The notes under the pieces were generated by a model. It was not told the origin of the DNA and searched no databases. It was given only the letters and a program-made list of their open reading frames with translations. The position numbers were made by a program, and so were the translations under genes. Below, in pieces: positions 1 through 6,129 of a DNA stretch of 7,402 bases. Location of the stretch: assembly GCA_016840425.1 (NCBI GenBank), contig JAEOSI010000113.1:1-7402 (forward strand), given 5' to 3'. The stretch's first letter is position 1, and each line of letters opens with the position of its first letter. This stretch comes from Candidatus Wukongarchaeum yapensis (lineage in GTDB: Archaea > Asgardarchaeota > Wukongarchaeia > Wukongarchaeales > Wukongarchaeaceae).

Positions 1-17
1 TTAAAATTTTTGAGAGA

Positions 18-22
18 GGAGG
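18..22 (+). promoter_or_regulatory. Shine-Dalgarno site of the giant TrmB-like gene
   Basis: GGAGG ends 4 nt before the ATG at 27. Confidence 0.7.
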
Positions 23-26
23 AAAG

Positions 27-3000
27 ATGTCGATAACTGAACCTTTAAAGAAAATAGGATTAGAAGAGCTTCAAGTAGGAGCTTATAACGTTCTTATAGC
101 TCTTGGGGCAAAAACAGCAGAGGAAGTAGCTTTACACTTAAAAAAAGATCTTAGCGAGATTACTGAGGCGCTTGACGAACTTGTGGAAAAGGGGTTCGTT
201 AAAAAAATAGCGGGAAAAGTGGACCTTTACATTGCCCTTGCACCAAGTATTGTTCTTACAGCCGAAGCTGAAAAAAAGCTCGAAGAGGAACTTAAAGGGA
301 TCTCGGGGGACGTAGAAGATATTTGGAAAAACGCTAAAGTTTCTTTGGATACCGTGACTAACAACCTTATCGATTCCTTAAATCAGAAGATGTTAGAGCT
401 CATGAATGCTATCGAAACTCCTATCAAAGAAATTTCTGGACAGTTTGGGGCAATTTTCACAAAGTTTAGCACGGACTTAAGAACGAACTCAAACAACGCA
501 GGAGAACTGATTACAAAAGAGGCTGCTGAGAAATACGCGGATCTTGAAGCTCATTTTTCCTCATTGAGGGATGACATAGAAAACACGATGAAAGAACAAT
601 TAGAGGTTCTTGAAAAAAGTGCAAGAGATGTTTCGCAAGCAATAATAGACGCATTAAATGGGTTTAAAGAAGGAAGAACTAGCCTAATACAAGACTACTT
701 TAATCATGTTAAAGAGGGGATAGAGAAGGCATTAAACAACCTTAGTGAGAGCGTCCAAAACAGTCTAACGAGCGTAGAATCCTTATCGGAAGAGATAAAG
801 AACAGATTAAAGGCTCAACAAGACGAAATGAAGGCAGGAATAGAAACCACATCGTTAAGTTGGGTGGATAAACGTAAAACAACCCTTGACAGTTTGCTGG
901 GTCGGGTAACGAAAATATTGGAAGATTTTAATTCTTCTGCCAAGTTAGAACTTGAAAAACTTGTAAATTCTTCCCTAGATTTTGAGAAAGAGGTTAAAAG
1001 TTCCTTAGAAGGAGCTCAAGAAAGCTTTAACATGGGACTGGAAGAGGAGATAGAGAAGGGAAAAAATTCGTTAATAGAGGCGAAAGAAGAAGTAAATAGC
1101 AAACTTCAAGATGCTGTTCAAAATCTTCAAGAAAACGTCTCGAAAAAAGGGGAAGAAACAAGGCAAGTTATAGAAGACTCTTCAGCTGGTTGGAACGCTA
1201 TAATAGATGAACATAAAAACATCTTACAAATATTAGGAGGAAAAGTCTCGGAGTATGAGGGTTTAGAACAAGGGAGGATGAAGGATATTAAAGGTGAAGT
1301 AACCGGTTTTGTCGAAGATAGCGCTCAAAAAACGAGGGAAATTTTGGAAGATGTTCGAGAAAAAGCGGATCAAATCAACGCTTTGTTAAGACAGGAATTG
1401 GTGCAAACACTAAACATAATCTTTGGTAACATGGTCAATGAAAATAAGGCCAAAGTGGAGGCTTCCTCTTCGAAAATTGAGGAAAAGAAGCAAGAATCTT
1501 TAGACCGTATAAAAGATATCTGTGGAAAGGCAATTAAAGAGATAACAGATCTAAAAGAAAAAAACTTAGGGATAGTGGGACAGCAAAACGAAAAAATTTC
1601 CAGTGAAGTAGATGTAAACGCACAAAATATAGAAAATGCTATAGAAAAGACGTTGCAATCGCTTTTATCAAAAATACAAACTACTGTTAGTGAAACCGAA
1701 AACATTACCAAAAACACGATTAATACCACTATGAAGGAAACAGAGGAAAGCATAACGCAAAGTACAAACAAAATCCAGGAAATGATACAAAAAGAGACCA
1801 GCGATCTTGCATCCAAAAACGAAGAAAGTAAAGGGATGATAGCTTCAGAATTTTCAATCTTAAAAGAATCGATGAAAAAGTTTCAAGAAGAGGATTTAAA
1901 ACAGAAGATGAATGAGGGGCTAAAAGCGCATCTACAATCGATAAACGAGACTACAAAGAACCATGAAAATTCCTTGTTAAAAACGATAAAAGAAGTAACA
2001 ACGAATATTGAGAAAGAAGCAGCTAAGCTTAAAGCCGATATACCGCCAAGCCTCGAACTTTTATTAACTGATCAAATGGACGCTATAACTCAGTTTGATT
2101 TAACGTTATTCAGAGAACTTACAAACTTTCAAAAAGTTATAGAGGAACTTCAGCCAGTTTTCGATGAAAAAATGGCGAAAAAAGCTTTTGGCAAAGAACG
2201 TGCTCCAGAAATATATCAACTAATTCAAGGGTTAAACATTGCTGCTAGAAGAGAAGAGATGAAAAACCTTGTAAACAAACATAAAACGGATTTCAAGGAA
2301 AAGGTTAGTTCGTTTCTTGACAAGTTAAGTAGAAGTTTGACAGATCAGGAGAAGACTGCTCAAAAAATGAACGAGGAAGAGTCCCGAAAAATAGCGAAAA
2401 TTTTCTCAGAGCTGCGGGAAAATAGCGGTGAAATAGTTAATAATAGTGAAAGAGAGGTTTTAGAAAGTGCGGGTAATCTAATTAATGACCTCATTCTCAG
2501 CGTAGAAAATGGGCATGAAGAACTCACATCGGCGTTAGAGGGAAGTAAGGAGGCTCAGATAAAGATTTTGAACGATGCTAACCAGCAAGGGATAGAGACA
2601 TTGACAGGGGTTAAAAATAAGATTGTCGATGTTTTCCAAAGCGGTCTTAAAGATGCTGATAGCCTACAAAACGCCGTTATAGAAAATGCTGAGAAGTCTT
2701 GTGAGGAGATGAAACAGGAAACTGGTGGGTTAATATCGTCCTCATCAGGCAACATGAAGACGATTTTAGAATCTACGAAAAGTGATTTAGAAGGGGTTAT
2801 AGAGGCGATAATGGGAAATTTGAAGAAAGATGTTGAGGATTTAGAGGCAAATAGCGGAGAAACAGCGACTCTTACTGCAGAAAGTCTAAATAAAATGTTG
2901 AAGGAGTTTGAGGGGGGAAGTTTTGAGTGGCTGCAAAGTATTCAAGAGACCATAACAGAAACGATGGACCAAAAACTTGGAACTGGAGAAACAGGAGGAT

Positions 3001-4631
3001 CTGAAATAGCTACAAATGGAGGAGAGAAAGGGGAAATAGAGGCAGAAGTATCGCTTGAGGAGGATCTTAGAACGCTTATTGATGGAATGGTTTCTGAAGG
3101 TGTAAACAGTTTAATAGAGAAGAAAAATGAAGGAATCAAGAAAGTTGAAGATATAGTTAAAGAAACAGAAAACAAAAACAGGGATTTGACTCAAGCTCTT
3201 AAAACAGGGGTAGAAGATGCAGAAAACAGGCTTATAGAAGTTCGCACCCATCTGGAAAAAGCCAAAAAAGCGATGGAAGAGCTTGAAATTAGAATTAAGG
3301 AAACAGTCGACCTTGAAAAAGGAAGAATGGAGCAATTAGTAAATACGATAGGCGGCTTTATAGATAAAACTAGTGAAGAAGTCTTTCTAAAAATTGAGGG
3401 GATAAAACAGTCAATAAACCAAGTTATTGAAAACATTAAGACAAATGTAGACGAGATGGAAGAAAAAGTACGCGAATTCAGCACCGTTACTGAAACCCTA
3501 GAAAAAGAAAAAATAGGATTGATGGAGCAAGGGCGACAAGAGATAGGGGAGGTGCTCAAAGAACCAGAAGACAAAATTACAGACCTTTTAAACAAGATTA
3601 GAGAGATCATTGACACGAAGGAAGGAGAAATTAGAAACCTTGTAAGTTCAGACATCGAAACCGTTAAAGGTGCAATAAAAGACGGTGAAAAAATCTTGAA
3701 GGATCCCTTAGAAGCCCAAGAAGGAAAAATTAGTGAGATAACGGAAAAACACTTAGCAGAGCTTGAAAGAACGACAGAAAATTTCACATCTCGTGCAGAT
3801 GTCGTTTCTATGGAACCTGTGCGAAGAATAAAGGATCAAGCGATAAATTCCCTTGCAGAAATAACAAGCCTCATCTCGAAACATTCACTAACCCTTAAAG
3901 AAACCCTTTATAGTTCAGCTGAGAATATCAGAAAAACACTAGAAGATTACACAACCAGCGCTGAAACAACAATAGGAAATGTTAAAAATAATGCAGAAAA
4001 CGAGCTTAAAACAAGCCATAATAACATTAAACAAGATGTAGAAACTTTAGAAAACTCGATAACTAAGGATATGCAACAAACAAACGTAGCAGTTACACAA
4101 CAAATGTCAAAGAAATTACAAGAGGTACCGCTAAAAATCCAAGAAGCATTAGGGGCTACAAAGAGTACGACAGAATTTCTTAAAGAAATCCAAAACATAG
4201 CAGTAAAAATAGAACCTTTACCCATAGAGCAAACATACAGAATAGCAGGAAAAGATGCACCGATAAACGTGATAAAAGGCATGATGGCGCGAACTAAAAG
4301 CACGATCACTATTCTCATACCAGAAATAAAGGCATTACCTTTAGAACTTATCGAGGATGTAAGCGCAAGAAAAAGGGTGCACATACTTTCAAACATACAA
4401 CCAGAAGACATGGAGTACGCCCAAAAAATAAAAAAAGAACGACCAAGCATTCAAATCAGGACAAATCCTGCCTTGGAAATCATAGGAGCAACAAGGGACT
4501 CAGAAGAAATCGCAATAGGCTCAATTAACACACCAGAAAAAATAGAACTCATAACAACCACAAACGAAGAACTCGTAAAATTCCTATACGAACTAATAAC
4601 ATCAACCCACGCAAAATCTCGACCAATATAA
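27..4631 (+). CDS. Giant TrmB-like protein: N-terminal winged HTH (aa ~5-76), ~1300-aa hendecad helical/coiled-coil rod (aa ~85-1395), C-terminal TrmB effector-binding/PLD-like domain (aa ~1399-1534)
   Basis: 4.6-kb open frame with GGAGG at 18-22 before the ATG. The N-terminus LKKIGLEELQVGAYNVLIALGAKTAEEVA...LDELVEKGFV...LYIALAP follows the recalled TrmB HTH pattern (LxxLGLsxxEaxvYxaLlxxGxxTaxEia...LxxLxxKGlV...YxAvxP). The middle is E/K/S/T/N-rich with hydrophobic residues every 11 positions. The C-terminus (TYRIAGKDAPINVIKGMMARTKSTITILIP...RVHIL...ATRDSEEIAIG) has the alternating alpha/beta pattern of TrmB C-terminal domains. No Walker A/B motif, signal peptide or TM helix was seen. Domain calls are by eye, not HMM. 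Confidence 0.85.
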   Translation: MSITEPLKKIGLEELQVGAYNVLIALGAKTAEEVALHLKKDLSEITEALDELVEKGFVKKIAGKVDLYIALAPSIVLTAEAEKKLEEELKGISGDVEDIWKNAKVSLDTVTNNLIDSLNQKMLELMNAIETPIKEISGQFGAIFTKFSTDLRTNSNNAGELITKEAAEKYADLEAHFSSLRDDIENTMKEQLEVLEKSARDVSQAIIDALNGFKEGRTSLIQDYFNHVKEGIEKALNNLSESVQNSLTSVESLSEEIKNRLKAQQDEMKAGIETTSLSWVDKRKTTLDSLLGRVTKILEDFNSSAKLELEKLVNSSLDFEKEVKSSLEGAQESFNMGLEEEIEKGKNSLIEAKEEVNSKLQDAVQNLQENVSKKGEETRQVIEDSSAGWNAIIDEHKNILQILGGKVSEYEGLEQGRMKDIKGEVTGFVEDSAQKTREILEDVREKADQINALLRQELVQTLNIIFGNMVNENKAKVEASSSKIEEKKQESLDRIKDICGKAIKEITDLKEKNLGIVGQQNEKISSEVDVNAQNIENAIEKTLQSLLSKIQTTVSETENITKNTINTTMKETEESITQSTNKIQEMIQKETSDLASKNEESKGMIASEFSILKESMKKFQEEDLKQKMNEGLKAHLQSINETTKNHENSLLKTIKEVTTNIEKEAAKLKADIPPSLELLLTDQMDAITQFDLTLFRELTNFQKVIEELQPVFDEKMAKKAFGKERAPEIYQLIQGLNIAARREEMKNLVNKHKTDFKEKVSSFLDKLSRSLTDQEKTAQKMNEEESRKIAKIFSELRENSGEIVNNSEREVLESAGNLINDLILSVENGHEELTSALEGSKEAQIKILNDANQQGIETLTGVKNKIVDVFQSGLKDADSLQNAVIENAEKSCEEMKQETGGLISSSSGNMKTILESTKSDLEGVIEAIMGNLKKDVEDLEANSGETATLTAESLNKMLKEFEGGSFEWLQSIQETITETMDQKLGTGETGGSEIATNGGEKGEIEAEVSLEEDLRTLIDGMVSEGVNSLIEKKNEGIKKVEDIVKETENKNRDLTQALKTGVEDAENRLIEVRTHLEKAKKAMEELEIRIKETVDLEKGRMEQLVNTIGGFIDKTSEEVFLKIEGIKQSINQVIENIKTNVDEMEEKVREFSTVTETLEKEKIGLMEQGRQEIGEVLKEPEDKITDLLNKIREIIDTKEGEIRNLVSSDIETVKGAIKDGEKILKDPLEAQEGKISEITEKHLAELERTTENFTSRADVVSMEPVRRIKDQAINSLAEITSLISKHSLTLKETLYSSAENIRKTLEDYTTSAETTIGNVKNNAENELKTSHNNIKQDVETLENSITKDMQQTNVAVTQQMSKKLQEVPLKIQEALGATKSTTEFLKEIQNIAVKIEPLPIEQTYRIAGKDAPINVIKGMMARTKSTITILIPEIKALPLELIEDVSARKRVHILSNIQPEDMEYAQKIKKERPSIQIRTNPALEIIGATRDSEEIAIGSINTPEKIELITTTNEELVKFLYELITSTHAKSRPI

Positions 4632-4681
4632 CCATCTTAACACAATTCAAGTATCTCTTAACTTTTCAACCATTCCTTCCA

Positions 4682-4687
4682 TTTTTT
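4682..4687 (+). terminator. Putative archaeal oligo-U terminator after the giant gene
   Basis: T6 tract in a pyrimidine-rich stretch (cttttcaaccattccttccattttttc), about 50 nt after the stop, in a convergent intergenic gap. Confidence 0.4.
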
Positions 4688-4707
4688 CAATTAAACAACC
4701 TTTATGA

Positions 4708-5295
4708 TTAGAAACCAGTTATACCGCGTCTTATCATGCTTACAGCTATTGCTGCTAATAACAAGCCTAGAACTCGTGAAGCAGCATTGATACCGCTACT
4801 ACCGATTTTTCGAATTACTAGGTCACTGTATTTTAATATTAACCATGCGATTACTCCATTTGCTATAGCAGCAAGAGCAGTTATGAAAGGGCCGTAGTCA
4901 TAAGTTAAAATTATGCTCATCGTTATAGTTCCAGGCCCAGCAAGAAGGGGGGTTCCTAAGGGCACTACAGCGAGCTCTTCTTTTTTTACCGTATAAGAGC
5001 GGACAACATTTTTGCCAGTAGTGAAATCTAGGGCAAGTATTAACAATATAAGGCCCCCGGCAACAAAGAAATCTTCAGTTTTTATGTGAAAAAATTCGAG
5101 TATATATTTTCCTAAAAAGATGAAAACTAAAACAATGGACCCAGCAACTATGGCGCTTTTTTTCGCGATTTCTCTTCGTTCCAAGGGCGATGAACCGTCT
5201 GTTAAGGATAAAAATATAGGAACAGTACCTATGGCGTTGAGCATAACAAATAGATTCAAAAAAGCAAGGGAAAAATCTCCTGAAAAAGAAGACAA
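4708..5295 (-). CDS. marC: MarC family (UPF0056) integral membrane protein, copy A; putative small neutral amino-acid transporter
   Basis: 195 aa with about 6 hydrophobic segments. MarC motifs FVMLNAIGTVPIFLSLT, ERREIAKK, AGGLILL, AVVPLGTPLLAGPGTIT and RVLGLLLAAIAVSMI. TTG start with GAAGGTGG at 5308-5301. Confidence 0.92.
   Translation of the reverse strand: MSSFSGDFSLAFLNLFVMLNAIGTVPIFLSLTDGSSPLERREIAKKSAIVAGSIVLVFIFLGKYILEFFHIKTEDFFVAGGLILLILALDFTTGKNVVRSYTVKKEELAVVPLGTPLLAGPGTITMSIILTYDYGPFITALAAIANGVIAWLILKYSDLVIRKIGSSGINAASRVLGLLLAAIAVSMIRRGITGF
4921..4973. repeat. 53-nt exact repeat shared by the two marC genes (copy 1; copy 2 at 5661-5713)
   Basis: cgttatagttccaggcccagcaagaaggggggttcctaagggcactacagcga is identical at offset 740. 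A second block, 4723-4760 vs 5463-5500, is 37/38 identical at the same offset. Confidence 0.95.
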
Positions 5296-5300
5296 CTAGA

Positions 5301-5308
5301 CCACCTTC
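5301..5308 (-). promoter_or_regulatory. Shine-Dalgarno site of marC copy A
   Basis: The minus strand reads GAAGGTGG, 5 nt before the TTG start. Confidence 0.65.
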
Positions 5309-5311
5309 AAA

Positions 5312-5370
5312 TAATAGGAAAAAATTAGATTATTAAATTCTTATTTTAATAGGAAAAATATTAATATTTT
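5312..5370. repeat. 12-nt direct repeat TAATAGGAAAAA (5312-5323, 5347-5358) with an overlapping perfect 16-bp palindrome AAAATATTAATATTTT (5355-5370)
   Basis: Read directly from the sequence. It lies in the 149-nt gap between the two marC genes, upstream of copy A. Function is not established. Confidence 0.6.
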
Positions 5371-5444
5371 GGATTGAAATTTGTTTGATTTTGGTTAAAA
5401 AGTTTTTTAAACATTTTTACGGGAATTGAACGTTTTTTCGGCTT

Positions 5445-6035
5445 TTATGTAATGCCTGTTAAACCGCGTCTTATCATGCTTACAGCTATGGCTGCTAATA
5501 TAACGCCGAGTACTCTTGAGGTTGCTTTTATACCGTTATAGCCGATTTTTCGAGCTATTAAGCTGCTTTGTCTTAAAATTAGCCACGCAACTATCACGTT
5601 TGTTATGGCGGCAAGGGCGGTTACGAGGACGCCGAAGTCGAAGGTTAAAAGGATTACCAACGTTATAGTTCCAGGCCCAGCAAGAAGGGGGGTTCCTAAG
5701 GGCACTACAGCGATTTGTTCTCTTTCTGCTTGTTGAGAGCGAATAATTTCTCCTCCTGTGGTTATATCGAGGGCAATTATTAACAGTAGAAGACCCCCTG
5801 CAATGAAGAAGTCTTCAGCTTCTAAGAAGAAAAAGTCGAGTATAAATTGCCCAAAAAAGGTAAAGATCACAGCTATGATTCCTGCAACTATAGCGCTTTT
5901 TCTAGCGATTTCTTTTCGTTCTTTAGGTGAAAAATCGCTTGTTAAGCTTAAAAATATAGGTACAATACCTATGGCATCGATCATAACAAATAAAATCAAA
6001 AAAGTTTGGATGAAATCTTTTAAGAAAGAAAACAA
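5445..6035 (-). CDS. marC: MarC family (UPF0056) integral membrane protein, copy B
   Basis: 196 aa with the same MarC motifs. It aligns without gaps to copy A at about 126/195 (~65%) identity by hand count. TTG start with AAGGTGG at 6048-6042. Confidence 0.92.
   Translation of the reverse strand: MFSFLKDFIQTFLILFVMIDAIGIVPIFLSLTSDFSPKERKEIARKSAIVAGIIAVIFTFFGQFILDFFFLEAEDFFIAGGLLLLIIALDITTGGEIIRSQQAEREQIAVVPLGTPLLAGPGTITLVILLTFDFGVLVTALAAITNVIVAWLILRQSSLIARKIGYNGIKATSRVLGVILAAIAVSMIRRGLTGIT
5661..5713. repeat. 53-nt exact repeat shared by the two marC genes (copy 2; copy 1 at 4921-4973)
   Basis: Direct base-by-base comparison. Confidence 0.95.
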
Positions 6036-6041
6036 TTCAGG

Positions 6042-6048
6042 CCACCTT
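6042..6048 (-). promoter_or_regulatory. Shine-Dalgarno site of marC copy B
   Basis: The minus strand reads AAGGTGG, 6 nt before the TTG start. Confidence 0.65.
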
Positions 6049-6088
6049 ATTGGTGCGAAAAGCGGTCATTAATTTTTTATTTTAGGAA

Positions 6089-6098
6089 TATTTAAAGA
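6089..6098. promoter_or_regulatory. Candidate TATA box in the divergent marC-B / hisA-like intergenic region
   Basis: TTTAAATA on the minus strand (6096-6089) overlaps TTTAAAGA on the plus strand (6091-6098), at plausible distances from both starts. No convincing BRE. Confidence 0.4.
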
Positions 6099-6129
6099 TG
6101 GTTTATTAGATATTTGGTAGGTTAGAATT

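Noticed and set aside
272-295. In-frame A-AAA-AAG slippery heptamer just after the wHTH; a -1 shift would stop at 293-295 and give a wHTH-only product
   Set aside because: The position is intriguing, but A-runs at Lys codons are frequent throughout this gene and no clear downstream stimulatory structure was seen. Ribosome profiling would be needed.
1370-4450. Minus-strand ORFs 1370-1816, 2555-2755, 2942-3175, 3111-3335, 3191-3787 and 3947-4450
   Set aside because: They lie antisense within the giant gene. Their S/F/L/I-rich composition is the expected mirror of GAA/AAA-rich codons, and they have no recognisable motifs.
27-4631. Annotation as SMC/Rad50, methyl-accepting chemotaxis protein or phage tape-measure protein
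   Set aside because: No Walker A/B or LSGG signature, no MCP hairpin motif or TM helices, no phage genes nearby, and the periodicity is 11 rather than 7.
4921-5713. Repeats interpreted as CRISPR units or mobile-element ends
   Set aside because: There are only two copies, in frame and at equivalent positions of paralogous genes, with no spacers, transposase or target-site duplication.
5758-6072. 104-aa plus-strand ORF
   Set aside because: Antisense shadow of marC-B. Its Lys/Ile richness mirrors Phe/Leu/Ile codons of the membrane protein.
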